DNA of 64,000 bases from an uncultured Gemmatimonadales bacterium. GTDB taxonomy: Bacteria > Gemmatimonadota > Gemmatimonadetes > Longimicrobiales > RSA9. Within the stretch, counting starts at the first letter, position 1; each line of letters opens with the position of its first letter. This document shows, piece by piece, positions 1 through 9,017 of the stretch. A program made the translations under genes and the position numbers. The stretch is taken from assembly GCA_963708135.1 (NCBI GenBank), contig OY970192.1:1632001-1696000 (forward strand), read 5' to 3'. The notes beneath the pieces were generated by a model. That model saw only the letters and a program-made list of their open reading frames with translations. It searched no databases and was not told where the DNA came from.

Positions 1-459
1 CGGCGCCCGCTGCCCGGCCTCCAGCAGCGCCTCCACCCGCGCCCGCGGAACCACGCCCACCTCGCGCCCCACCTCCACCCCGCCCCGGAACACCACCAGC
101 GTCGGGATGCCGCGGATCATGTAGCGCTGTGCCGTGGCCGGGTTCGCGTCCACGTCCAGCTTGGCCACCAGCACCTCGCCCTTCCAGTCCCGCGCCAGCT
201 GGTCCAGTACCGGCGCCATGTAGCGGCACGGCATGCACCAGTCGGCCCAGAAGTCCACCACCACCGGCACGCCGCTTTCCGCGATCACCCGCTCGAACGT
301 CGCGTCGCTCACCTGCACCGGCCGATCCAGCGCCAGCGGCCGCCCGCACTCGCCGCACTTGGGGCCCTCCTCCAGCCGCTCCAGCGCCACGCGGTTCAGC
401 CGCCCGCAGAACGGACAGCCCACCGTGGCGTGCCGCCTCTCCTCTCCCCTCGCGCTCAT
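1..459 (-). CDS. trxC: Thioredoxin 2 (TrxC-type, N-terminal Zn finger); 3' end runs off the window
   Basis: Own translation from ATG at 459: CPFC...CGEC Zn-finger, then VVVDFWADWCMPC active site and IRGIPTL. Open to position 1, so it is missing from the ORF track. Confidence 0.9.
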   Translation of the reverse strand, partial: MSARGEERRHATVGCPFCGRLNRVALERLEEGPKCGECGRPLALDRPVQVSDATFERVIAESGVPVVVDFWADWCMPCRYMAPVLDQLARDWKGEVLVAKLDVDANPATAQRYMIRGIPTLVVFRGGVEVGREVGVVPRARVEALLEAGQRAP

Positions 460-593
460 CGCTCGCTCCGATCCGAACCGTTTGAGGGACGCCTCCCCCG
501 GAAGTCGCGCCCCGGGCGGCGCGTGTTTTCCCCGGCGGCGCCGCCTTGCGCCGGCCGCGCGCGTGCGGCACCGTTGAGCGTGGGTCGTAGCGC

Positions 594-622
594 ACTATAT
601 AACTACTTAACGATACAGTCAA
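594..622 (-). promoter_or_regulatory. Sigma70-type promoter for trxC, overlapping a probable ArsR operator
   Basis: Minus strand reads TTGACT-N17-TATAGT. This is an AT-rich island between the divergent trxC and arsR genes. Confidence 0.7.
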
Positions 623-636
623 GAGCGGAGCCCACC

Positions 637-969
637 GTGCAGTACCCGCTGCCACCCGAGCTGCTGAAGGTCCTGGCCGAGCGATTCCGCCTGCTGGGCG
701 AGCCGACGCGTCTGGCGATCCTGAGCGCGCTGCGCGCAGGGGAGAAGACGGTGTCGGAGCTGCAGGAGGAGACGGGGCTGGGGCAGGCGAACCTGTCGAA
801 GCACCTGCAGCTGCTGCACGGGCAGCGGTTCGTGCAGCGGCGCAAGGAGGGGCTGTACGTGTTCTACCGGCTGGCGGGCGAGGACGTGTTCCGGCTGTGC
901 GACATCATGTGCGGTCGGATCGCGGAGGAGTCGGAGGAGAGGCGCCGGCTGGTGGACGACGCTCTCTGA
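637..969 (+). CDS. ArsR/SmtB family transcriptional regulator
   Basis: GTG start; FRLLGEPTRLAIL...TVSELQEETGLGQANLSKHLQLL wHTH; C-terminal CDIMC. Confidence 0.9.
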   Translation: MQYPLPPELLKVLAERFRLLGEPTRLAILSALRAGEKTVSELQEETGLGQANLSKHLQLLHGQRFVQRRKEGLYVFYRLAGEDVFRLCDIMCGRIAEESEERRRLVDDAL

Positions 970-1133
970 GCGAAGGGGTCGGCGGCTGCCACGGCGTGGT
1001 CGTCGCAGCCTTGCGCGGCGTGGCGCGAGCGGGCCCGGGGCCGGGCAGCCGGGCACGATTTATCGCACGCACGCACGCGCGCACACGCGGCCGAACGCGG
1101 GGCGCTCGGCATGCGGGGGCCGCGCCGCCGGGC

Positions 1134-1445
1134 TCATCCCCCCGGGGCGGGCGTGATGATGGCCAGGAAGCGGAGTCCCTCCTCCCCGGCGGTGATGCCG
1201 TGCTTCTCGCCGGGCTGGTAGGCGGCGGTCTGGCCGGCGGCGAGACGGGCCTCGTCGCCATCTCCGATGAAGATGCCCTGGCCGCTCACGACGTGGAGGA
1301 TGACGCTCGAGGCGCTGCGGTGCGGGGCCACGACCTGGGCAGGCCGGAGGGTGAAGGCGACGATGCGTGCGTCGCGGGCGTCGTGGAGGATCTCGCTGGC
1401 GGGGCGGTCCTGCCGGGGCTCGGGTCCGGCTGCGAGGACTTTCAT
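1134..1445 (-). CDS. Cupin domain protein
   Basis: VAPHRSASSVILHVVSGQG...PGEKHGITA cupin motifs; ATG overlaps the upstream stop codon. Confidence 0.8.
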   Translation of the reverse strand: MKVLAAGPEPRQDRPASEILHDARDARIVAFTLRPAQVVAPHRSASSVILHVVSGQGIFIGDGDEARLAAGQTAAYQPGEKHGITAGEEGLRFLAIITPAPGG

Positions 1446-1891
1446 GCCTGCCTCCTGAGGGTGGGGCGCGCCGTGTCGAGGCGCATGGGTTCGGCGGCGT
1501 CGTCGAGGGTGCGCCAGAGGTTGTAGATGAAGAGGGCGCCGCCGGCGGCGCTGGCGGCGGCGCCTCCGGCCACGAGGATCTGCCCGAAGGTAGCGGAGGC
1601 GGCGCGGATGATCCAGCCGGCCACGAGGCCGGCCAGCCCGAGGTTGGCGAGCCAGAGGTGGGCTGCGGCGGCGCGCCGGCTGTGGAGCGGGGCGCCGCTG
1701 AAGCGCGGCAGGACGTGGTAGCCGACGCCGAAGATCATCATGCTGACGAAGCCGAGCAGGTTGGCGTGGACGTGGGCGGGACGCACGATGGCGGCGCGCA
1801 TCGGGTCGGCCACGAGGCAGAGGCCGAGTAGGCCGCCCACGCCGAACCAGGCGAGGGCGGAGCGGATGAAGCGGCGAACGAACGGTTCCAT
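1442..1891 (-). CDS. Small 4-TM membrane protein with HxH motif (heme-copper oxidase subunit I-like / NnrS-like)
   Basis: MEPFVRRFIRS...RPAHVHANLLGFVSMMIFGVGYHVLPRF; four hydrophobic segments. Confidence 0.75.
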   Translation of the reverse strand: MEPFVRRFIRSALAWFGVGGLLGLCLVADPMRAAIVRPAHVHANLLGFVSMMIFGVGYHVLPRFSGAPLHSRRAAAAHLWLANLGLAGLVAGWIIRAASATFGQILVAGGAAASAAGGALFIYNLWRTLDDAAEPMRLDTARPTLRRQA

Positions 1892-1986
1892 CGGAGGCAT
1901 TCTCCCTTCCGGCATCGGCGGGGGGACGGCGCGGCGGCGAGCGTCCAGGGTCTGCGACCAAGCTCGGGGACCGGTGGCCGCGGCGC

Positions 1987-2002
1987 TGTGATGCCGGTCA
2001 CA
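1987..2002. promoter_or_regulatory. Crp/Fnr-family binding site
   Basis: Perfect TGTGA-TGCCGG-TCACA between the divergent membrane-protein operon and the response regulator. Confidence 0.75.
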
Positions 2003-2054
2003 CGACGCGCGGGAGGGGGCGGAACCCGGGTCATCGCGGGGGGTTTGGAGAGCC

Positions 2055-2735
2055 ATGCGCATCCTGGTGGTGGAGGACGACCGCAAGGTGGCGAGCTTCC
2101 TCGAGCGGGGGCTGCGCGAGGAGGGCTACGCGGTGGACGTGGCGCACGACGGGGCGACGGGTGCCATGGAGGCGCACGTCTACGATTACGATGCCCTGGT
2201 CCTGGACGTCATGCTGCCGGGGCGGAGCGGGCTGGAGATCGTGCGCGACCTGCGGGCGGCGGGGAAGGCGGTGCCGGTGCTCCTGCTCACGGCGCGCGAC
2301 TCCACGGACGACGTCGTGCGCGGGCTGGATGCCGGCGCGGACGACTACCTGACCAAGCCGTTCGCCTTCGATGAGCTGCTGGCGCGCGTGCGGGCGCTGG
2401 TGCGCCGGGGCGGGGCGCAGCGGCTCGAGCGGCTCGCGTACGCGGACGTCGAGATGGACCGCATCGCGCACACCGCCGCGCGCGCCGGCGAGCCGCTCGA
2501 CCTGACGCCGAAGGAGTTCGAGCTGCTCGAGCACTTCCTGCTGCGCCCGGAGGCGGTGGTCCGGCGCACGGAGCTCCTCGAGAAGGTGTGGGACCTGCAC
2601 TTCGATCCTGGCTCGAACGTGGTGGACGTGCACGTGGGCAACCTGCGCCGGAAGCTGGCCCGACCCGGCGCGCCGCCGCTGATCCACACGATCCGGGGCG
2701 TCGGCTACATGATGCACACTGGCGAGCCGGCGTGA
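2055..2735 (+). CDS. OmpR-family response regulator (CusR/CopR-like)
   Basis: MRILVVEDD...LDVMLPG...GADDYLTKPF...LTPKEFELL...SNVVDVHV...TIRGVGY. Confidence 0.93.
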   Translation: MRILVVEDDRKVASFLERGLREEGYAVDVAHDGATGAMEAHVYDYDALVLDVMLPGRSGLEIVRDLRAAGKAVPVLLLTARDSTDDVVRGLDAGADDYLTKPFAFDELLARVRALVRRGGAQRLERLAYADVEMDRIAHTAARAGEPLDLTPKEFELLEHFLLRPEAVVRRTELLEKVWDLHFDPGSNVVDVHVGNLRRKLARPGAPPLIHTIRGVGYMMHTGEPA

Positions 2736-4174
2736 CGCGCTCCTTCCGCTTCCAGCTGGCCGGCCGGCTCACGGCCGCGATGGCCGCCGTGCTCGCGGCG
2801 GTCGGCCTCGCGGGCTACATCGCGCTCCGCGCCACGCTCGACCGGCAGATCAACGCGAGCCTGCTGAACGTGGCCTCCATCCAGGGGGCCTCCGTGGCGC
2901 AGCCGAACAGCCCGGTCATGCGCTTCCACGAATGGGAGCTCACGCCGGCGGAGGCCGCATCGATCCGGGACCTGAACCGCTACGCGGAGGTCTGGTCGGA
3001 GGCGGGGCGGAGCCTCCTGCGCACCCGCTACATGACCCGCGACCTGCCGCTCGACCTGGCGGCGCTGAAGGCGGCCGGGGCCGGCCGGATCACCTGGGCC
3101 GAGCAGCGCTACATGGGAATTCCGATCCGGTCCGTCTTCTACCCGCTGGGCCGGATCGGTGCGATCCACGGGCAGCACGTGCTCCAGGTGGCCGCGCCGC
3201 TCGATGCGCGCAACCGGACGCTGCGCGGGATGATGCTCATCCTCGTCGGGCTGGGCCTCGTGGCCACCGTCGGCACCTTTCTCGGTGCGTCCTGGCTGGC
3301 CGGCCGGGCCGTCCAGCCGGTGCACCAGATCACGGACCAGGCCGAGGCGATCGGCGCCGGCACCCTTGCCCACCGCATCCGCGCGGACGCCTTCTCGGCC
3401 GAGTATCAGCGCCTCGTCCAGGTGCTGAACACGATGCTGGCGCGCCTCGACGGCGCCTTTCAGAGCCAGCGCCGCTTCACCGCGGATGCCAGCCACGAGC
3501 TGCGCTCCCCGCTCACCGCGATGCGCGGCGAGATCGAGCTGGCGCTCCGCAAGCCGCGCGAGCCGGAGGAATACCGGCGCGTGCTCGCGAGCGTGCTGGA
3601 GGAGGTCGAGCGGCTGTCCGAGACCGCCTTCGACCTGCTCACGCTCGCGCGATCGGACGCCGGCGTGCTCCCGGCCCGACTGCGCGCCGACGATCTCGTG
3701 CCGCCGGTGCGGGCCGCAGCGACGCGCCTCGGGATCGCCGCCAGCGAGAAGGGCGTGGAGCTCGAGCTCGACCTCCCGCCCGCCGCCCCCGCCATCCTCA
3801 ATGCCGCCCTCGTCGGACGACTCGCCTGGAACCTGATCGAGAACGCCGTGAAGTTCACCCCGTCCGGGGGCAGGGTGCAGGTGAGCGTGCGCGCCGATGG
3901 CGACGGCCCCGCCCTCGAGGTGGCCGACAGCGGCCCCGGCCTGCCGGAAAGCGACCTGCCGCGCCTCTTCGACCGCTTCTACCGCGGCGATCCCGCGCGC
4001 GTCCGCCCCGGCGAGGCAGGCGGCACGGGGCTCGGCCTCTCGATCGTGCGGGCGATCGCGGAGGCTCACGACGCGGACCTCTGCGCCACCAACGGCCCGG
4101 CCGGGGGCGCGCTCTTCCAGGTCCGCTTCCGGGCCGCCACGCCCACCTCCTCGCCCGCGCCGACCCCCGGCTGA
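2732..4174 (+). CDS. Sensor histidine kinase (CusS-like)
   Basis: GTG overlapping the regulator stop; 2 TM, HAMP, H-box ADASHELRSPL, N-box NLIENAVKF, DSGPG, GTGLGLSIV. Confidence 0.92.
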   Translation: MTRSFRFQLAGRLTAAMAAVLAAVGLAGYIALRATLDRQINASLLNVASIQGASVAQPNSPVMRFHEWELTPAEAASIRDLNRYAEVWSEAGRSLLRTRYMTRDLPLDLAALKAAGAGRITWAEQRYMGIPIRSVFYPLGRIGAIHGQHVLQVAAPLDARNRTLRGMMLILVGLGLVATVGTFLGASWLAGRAVQPVHQITDQAEAIGAGTLAHRIRADAFSAEYQRLVQVLNTMLARLDGAFQSQRRFTADASHELRSPLTAMRGEIELALRKPREPEEYRRVLASVLEEVERLSETAFDLLTLARSDAGVLPARLRADDLVPPVRAAATRLGIAASEKGVELELDLPPAAPAILNAALVGRLAWNLIENAVKFTPSGGRVQVSVRADGDGPALEVADSGPGLPESDLPRLFDRFYRGDPARVRPGEAGGTGLGLSIVRAIAEAHDADLCATNGPAGGALFQVRFRAATPTSSPAPTPG

Positions 4175-4190
4175 GGCGCGCAGCTCCGCC

Positions 4191-4230
4191 GCGTGAAGGA
4201 ATCTTCACGCGCGCCTCACCTTCCCTTCAT
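4191..4230 (+). promoter_or_regulatory. Probable OmpR-family binding region upstream of the USP gene
   Basis: Palindrome GCGTGAAG-GAAT-CTTCACGC plus 11-bp-phased direct repeats CTTCAC (4203), CCTCAC (4214), CTTCAT (4225); possible -10 CAGATT at 4242. Confidence 0.6.
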
Positions 4231-4290
4231 CGGCCCCAGGCCAGATTGCGTCAGGGAAGTTGGAGTCCGCATCACAAGAGGAGGAGTCCC

Positions 4291-5253
4291 GTGATACGCC
4301 GCGTCGTGGTGGCGGTCGAGGACCGCGCTGAAGGGGTGTCCGCGGATGGCTGCGCGCTCGACTGTGCGGGCGAGATCTCGCACAGGAGCGGTGCGGAAGT
4401 GACGATGCTCCGGGTGGACCCCGCGCCCGCGGTGAGGGCCGAGCTGGAGAGCCTCACACCGTACCGGCTCGAGGGGATGGTCGAGCAGGACGTGGCCTCC
4501 GGGAGCGCCGATACCGCGACCGGTCGGGCGGCGTTCGGCACGCTGAAGGCGCGGGTCGAAGGCGCGTGGGGCGTGGAGGTTGACCCCGCCACCGCGCGCG
4601 CCGCGTCCGGTGCCTGGGTGGGCGCGGAGCGGCGCCTCGAGCGCCTCGAGGGCGATCTGTTGGTGGCCCGCTTCGGGCGCGGTCCGTGCCCGCACGGCAA
4701 CCTGGCGGAGGTCACCGAGCCGATGCTGCGCGGGCTCGTGCTCCCCGTGCTCCTCGTCCCGTCCGGGACGTGCCCGTTCCTGAGGACCCTGGACCACGTG
4801 CTCGTCGCGCTGGATGGCTCGCTCGAGGCGGAGCGGGCGCTGCCGGTGGTGGCGGACCTGCTGGCGGGCCGCGAGGCGACGCTCCACCTGCTGACGGTGG
4901 TGCAGCCGTTCTCGCCCTGGGGCGCGCTCCGGCACCGGGGCCCCGCCACGCTCTCGCGGGCGGGAGCGGAGACGTACCTGGCGGAAGTCGCCGGCGTGCT
5001 CGAGCGGACGGGCCGCGCGGTCGAGACGCACGTGCTCGAGGCGATGGATCCGGCCGAGAGCATCCTGGCGGAGGCGGGCCGGCTGCGCACCGACCTCCTC
5101 GCGCTGGCGATCGCGCCGCATGCGGGGCTGCGGCGCCTGCTCCCGCGGCGTGTCGTCCCTACGGTGCTCGAGCAGCTCGATCGTCCGCTCCTGCTGGTGC
5201 CGCCGGCCGGGCCGGAGGCGGGCGCCGGCGGGTCGGGCACACGTGCGCACTGA
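4291..5253 (+). CDS. Tandem-domain universal stress protein
   Basis: RBS GAGGAG then GTG; IRRVVVAVE...PVLLVP...HVLVALDGSLEAERAL...PAESILAEA...RPLLLVP. Confidence 0.8.
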   Translation: MIRRVVVAVEDRAEGVSADGCALDCAGEISHRSGAEVTMLRVDPAPAVRAELESLTPYRLEGMVEQDVASGSADTATGRAAFGTLKARVEGAWGVEVDPATARAASGAWVGAERRLERLEGDLLVARFGRGPCPHGNLAEVTEPMLRGLVLPVLLVPSGTCPFLRTLDHVLVALDGSLEAERALPVVADLLAGREATLHLLTVVQPFSPWGALRHRGPATLSRAGAETYLAEVAGVLERTGRAVETHVLEAMDPAESILAEAGRLRTDLLALAIAPHAGLRRLLPRRVVPTVLEQLDRPLLLVPPAGPEAGAGGSGTRAH

Positions 5254-5272
5254 ACCGAAAGGGGAACAGGTG

Positions 5273-5824
5273 ATGACGCTCAGGTCCCTCGCCGCGGCAG
5301 CAGTGCTCACGGTGCTGTCGGGCGGCCTCGGCGGCTGCGGCCACGAGGTGGCTGCACCCGCCGCGTCGCCTACGATCCTGGCGTCGGTGATCCCGGCCGG
5401 CGGCTCGACCGGCGTCGATCCGAACGGCCCGATCGAGGTGGCCTTCAGCCATCCGATGATGCAGGGCATGGAGGCGTACGCCATGCTCCACGAGGGCGAC
5501 GTCACGGGGCCCGAGGTCCCGGGGGCGTGGAGCTGGTCCGACGACCGCGCCACCCTGCGGTTCGTGCCCGATGCGGCGCTGCGGCCGCGGATGCAGTACA
5601 CGATACACCTGGGCGGCAGGATGATGGACGAGGAGGGCGCGACGGTGGACATGGACGAGGCCGCGCAGAGCTGCGGCGGGCAGTGGGCGACCGGCGCGAT
5701 GTGGGGCGGCGTCGGATCCGGGCCGGGCGGGATGATGGGCGGCGCGCCGGGAGGGATGATGGGTAGCGGCTGGCAGGGCGCCAACGGCAGCTACGGGATG
5801 GTGTTCACGTTCACCACCGCCTGA
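5273..5824 (+). CDS. Lipoprotein with bacterial Ig-like domain and Met/Gly-rich C-terminal region
   Basis: Signal peptide ending LGGC; VIPAGGSTGVDPNGPIEVAFSHPM...LRFVPDAALRP..YTI Ig-like pattern; GGMMGGAPGGMMG. Confidence 0.7.
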   Translation: MTLRSLAAAAVLTVLSGGLGGCGHEVAAPAASPTILASVIPAGGSTGVDPNGPIEVAFSHPMMQGMEAYAMLHEGDVTGPEVPGAWSWSDDRATLRFVPDAALRPRMQYTIHLGGRMMDEEGATVDMDEAAQSCGGQWATGAMWGGVGSGPGGMMGGAPGGMMGSGWQGANGSYGMVFTFTTA

Positions 5825-5876
5825 GCGCCGCTTCACCGCGTCCGCCGGCGCGGTGGGGCGGAGCGGCGGCAGGATA

Positions 5877-6752
5877 TCAGGCCGCCGGGGCGGCGAGCAG
5901 CGCGCCGGCCAGGGCCGGCAGCAGGATGGCGGTGCGGCCCTCCAGCCTGGCCGCCGCGGCCTCGTCGGCACGCGTCGGGCCGAGGTTCAGGATGGCGATC
6001 GGGACCCCGTCCCGCACCGCGCGGTCGGTGAAGCGCCGCCCCGAATAGACGGTGAGCGAGGAGCCGACCACGAGCAGCGCCTCGGCCTCCTCGAAGAGCC
6101 GCCACGCCTCGTCCACGCGCTCGCGCGGCACGTTCTCCCCGAAGAAGACGACGTCGGGCTTCACGATCCCGCCGCACTCCTCGCAGGGCGGCACGCGGAA
6201 GCTCGCCGGAACCGCGGAGTCCAGCTCCGCGTCGCCGTCTGGGGCCGCCTCGACCACGGCCTCCTCGGCCGGCCGGACGATCCGCTCGGCCCAGCCGGGA
6301 TTGGCCGCGAGCAGCAACCGCTGGTACTCCTCGCGGGAAAGGGCGCGGCCGCAGCCGAGACAGCGCACGCGGCCAAGGGAGCCGTGCAGCTCCACCACCC
6401 GGCGGCTGCCGGCGGCCTGGTGCAGTCCGTCAACGTTCTGGGTGATCACTCCGCGCACGACGCCGCCGTTCTCGAGCCGCGCCAGGGAGCGGTGGCCGGG
6501 GTTCGGGCGGGCCGCGGCCACCCTGCCCCACCCGACCGAGCTGCGTGCCCAGTAGCGCGCGCGACCCTCGTGGCTGCGCACGAACTCCTGGTACTGCATC
6601 GGCTTGCGCGCACGGAGGCTGCCATCCGGGCCGCGGTAGTCGGGGATCCCCGACTCGGTGCTGCACCCGGCGCCGGCGAGGACGACCACGCGGCGGCCGC
6701 GTAGCACGTCGAGCAGGGGCGCGAGGTCGGGTGTCCTGAAGGGGTTCGGCAT
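5877..6752 (-). CDS. cobB: NAD-dependent deacylase, Sir2 family (SIRT4-like class)
   Basis: GAGCSTESGIPDYR, RYWARS, ITQNVDGLH, LHG, two CxxC pairs, KPDVVFFGE, VGSSL. Confidence 0.92.
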   Translation of the reverse strand: MPNPFRTPDLAPLLDVLRGRRVVVLAGAGCSTESGIPDYRGPDGSLRARKPMQYQEFVRSHEGRARYWARSSVGWGRVAAARPNPGHRSLARLENGGVVRGVITQNVDGLHQAAGSRRVVELHGSLGRVRCLGCGRALSREEYQRLLLAANPGWAERIVRPAEEAVVEAAPDGDAELDSAVPASFRVPPCEECGGIVKPDVVFFGENVPRERVDEAWRLFEEAEALLVVGSSLTVYSGRRFTDRAVRDGVPIAILNLGPTRADEAAAARLEGRTAILLPALAGALLAAPAA

Positions 6753-6801
6753 GGGCTCCAATCAGGGGAAACACACGGACACGGGGGTGCGCTCGGCGGG
6801 C

Positions 6802-7287
6802 TTAACCCCGGGGCCGGCTCCTCCGCAGCGTCTCCACGACCAGGCCATCCTCCAGGGTCTCGCGCGAGGCGAGCTCGAAACCCTCGAAGATGCCAGCCGG
6901 GAGGTAGGTGTCGGCGTCCGGGACGCGCTCGGGGAAGCGGGTGACGCGCCATTCCCGGATCAGCGGGGCCAGGGCCGCGTAGACCTCGGCGCCGCCGATG
7001 ACGACGACGTCGCACGGTAGCCGCTCGGCCAGCTCCGCCACCTCGGCGGCTGAGCGCAGCACGCGCGTGCCGGCCGGCGCCGGCGCGGAGCGGCTGAGCA
7101 CGTAGTTGTCGCGTTCTGGAAGAGGGCGGCCGATGGAATCGAAGGTGAGGCGGCCCATGACGACGGCATGGCCCAGCGTCGCCTTCCGGAACTGCTTGAG
7201 GTCGGCGCGGGAGTGCCAGGGGAGCGTGCCTTCGCGGCCGATGGCGAGGGCGGGGTCCACGGCCACGATGGCGCGAACCACGCGCAC
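6802..7287 (-). CDS. folA: Dihydrofolate reductase
   Basis: AIGREGTLPWH..ADLKQF, VVMGRLTFDSIGRPLPER, VIGGAEVY, ADTYLP; directly downstream of thyA. Confidence 0.93.
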   Translation of the reverse strand: MRVVRAIVAVDPALAIGREGTLPWHSRADLKQFRKATLGHAVVMGRLTFDSIGRPLPERDNYVLSRSAPAPAGTRVLRSAAEVAELAERLPCDVVVIGGAEVYAALAPLIREWRVTRFPERVPDADTYLPAGIFEGFELASRETLEDGLVVETLRRSRPRG

Positions 7288-8148
7288 CTAGACGGCCACC
7301 GGCGCGGGGACGGCGCCGTGGGGGTCATAGCCCTCGAGCAGGAGGTGCTCGTAGCGGAAGGACAGCAGCGCCTCGAGGCCGCCGCCGCGCAGGTCTCCGG
7401 CCTCGTCCACGATGCGCAGCGTGGGAGCGGGGCGCGGCTCGCGGGCGAGCACGGTCTCGACCTGCTGGAAGTGGCTCATGTAGATGTGCGCGTCGCCGAA
7501 GCTGTGGGTGAAGGTGCCCGCCTCGAGGCCGGTGACGTGGGCGACGAGGTGCGTGAGCAGCGCGTAGCTGGCGATGTTGAACGGGACGCCGAGGAAGAGG
7601 TCCGCGGAGCGCTGGAACAGCTGGCAGTGGAGGGTCCGGCCGCGCTCGACGTAGAACTGGAAGAGCGTGTGGCAGGGCGGCAGGTCCACGGCATCGGCCA
7701 CGCGCGGGTCCCAGCCGCTGACGATGAGCCGGGTGGAGTCGGGCCTGGCGACGATCTGCTCGAGCAGCCGCGCGATCTGGTCCACGCCGTTCCGCTCCGG
7801 GTAGTCCCCGCCGAAGCTGCGCCAGAGGTAGCCGTAGACGGGCCCGAGGTCGCCGGCATCGCGGCCGAAGCGGCCGGTGTGCTCCGGGTCGGCCCACTCC
7901 CGCCAGATGTCCACGCCGCGGGCGCGGAGCTCCGCCTCATCTGTGCTGCCGGAGAGGAACCAGAACAGCTCCTCCGCCACCCAGCGGAACGGCACCCGCT
8001 TGACGGTCACGAGCGGGAAGCCCTCGCGCAGGTCGAAGACGAGCTTGGGCGCGTGCGGCGTGCGCCGCCGGCCGACGCCGGTGCGGTCGTTCGGCTCGTC
8101 CCAGCCGTGGTCGCGGGTGAAGCGGAGCAGGTCCTGGTAGGGTTTCAT
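7288..8148 (-). CDS. thyA: Thymidylate synthase
   Basis: NDRTGVG, FDLREGFPL, ELFWFLSG, DLGPVYG, LPPCHTLFQF, FQRSADLFLGVPFNIASY, GDAHIY. Confidence 0.96.
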   Translation of the reverse strand: MKPYQDLLRFTRDHGWDEPNDRTGVGRRRTPHAPKLVFDLREGFPLVTVKRVPFRWVAEELFWFLSGSTDEAELRARGVDIWREWADPEHTGRFGRDAGDLGPVYGYLWRSFGGDYPERNGVDQIARLLEQIVARPDSTRLIVSGWDPRVADAVDLPPCHTLFQFYVERGRTLHCQLFQRSADLFLGVPFNIASYALLTHLVAHVTGLEAGTFTHSFGDAHIYMSHFQQVETVLAREPRPAPTLRIVDEAGDLRGGGLEALLSFRYEHLLLEGYDPHGAVPAPVAV

Positions 8149-8268
8149 GGCCGCCTTGGCGTCGGGTCCCCTGCGCGTCCCACAGATTCCGGTCCGCGCG
8201 CAGGTTTGGCAAGGTCGGCGGCGCCGGCGGCGCTTGCTCGCGAGGCCGGTGCGGCCGACCTTCGAGGA

Positions 8269-8742
8269 ATGCCGACAGCACGCTCCTTCACGATCTGGGT
8301 GGATGCCGATGCCGCCCCGCGCGACGTCAAGGAGATCGTCTATCGCGCGGCCCGCCGGCTCGGCGTTCAGGCCGTGCTGGTGGCCAACCAGCGGCTCTCC
8401 CTGCCGCGGGACAACCCGCACCTGAGCGCGGTGTGGGTCCGCGGCGGTCCGGACGTGGCCGACGCGCACATCGCCGAGCACGCCCTCGCGGGCGACGTGG
8501 CGATCACGGCCGACATCCCGCTCGCAGCGATCCTGGTCGAGAAGGGCGCGGTCGTGCTCGATCCGCGCGGCGAGCGCTACACGGAAGAGAACGTGCGCGA
8601 GCGCCTCTCGATCCGCGACTTCATGGAATCGCTGCGCGGCTCCGGCGTCGAGACCGGCGGTCCCAGGCCCTACGGCGCGCGCGCGAAGCAGGCCTTCGCG
8701 GCCGCGCTCGACCGTGTGCTGGCGGAGGTGCGGCGGGGTTGA
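8269..8742 (+). CDS. yaiI: YaiI/YqxD (UPF0178) family protein
   Basis: IWVDADAAP, VLVAN, DVADAHI, ITADIPLA, DPRGE.YT.ENV.ERLS.RDFM. Confidence 0.9.
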   Translation: MPTARSFTIWVDADAAPRDVKEIVYRAARRLGVQAVLVANQRLSLPRDNPHLSAVWVRGGPDVADAHIAEHALAGDVAITADIPLAAILVEKGAVVLDPRGERYTEENVRERLSIRDFMESLRGSGVETGGPRPYGARAKQAFAAALDRVLAEVRRG

Positions 8743-8749
8743 GGCGAGG

Positions 8750-8846
8750 TGGCGGGAGTGCGTGGGAGTCGAACCCACCCACCGGGGTCTTAACCCGGCG
8801 CAACGCTTTTGAAGAGCGCGAGCCGCACCGGCGACCATGCACCCCC
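8750..8846 (-). tRNA. selC: tRNA-Sec (anticodon UCA)
   Basis: 97 nt; 8-bp acceptor stem GGGGGTGC/GCACTCCC + G-CCA; 6-bp D-stem GGTCGC/GCGGCT; anticodon loop CT-TCA-AA; long variable arm; T-arm GTGGG-TTCGACT-CCCAC. Confidence 0.95.
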
Positions 8847-9017
8847 ACGCCCGAACCGTAGCGGTATCCGGGGGCTGGAGCAAGCGGCGGCGGCTGGAGG
8901 TGCTCGCGGCCAACGGCGTCGAGTTCATGCTGGCGCACGACGCTGGACCGGGACGGCGCCTGACCCCGACGCCGGCCGCAGCCGCGGGCCCGCGGCTGCG
9001 GTTCGGCTCGCCCGCCG

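Noticed and set aside
8890..8960. LEVLAANGVEFML, resembling a nucleotidyltransferase N-terminus
   Set aside because: Too short to call without a search.
8742..9017. selC as an integration site for an island or prophage
   Set aside because: No integrase and no duplicated tRNA 3' end seen; the tRNA 3' end abuts the housekeeping-type yaiI.
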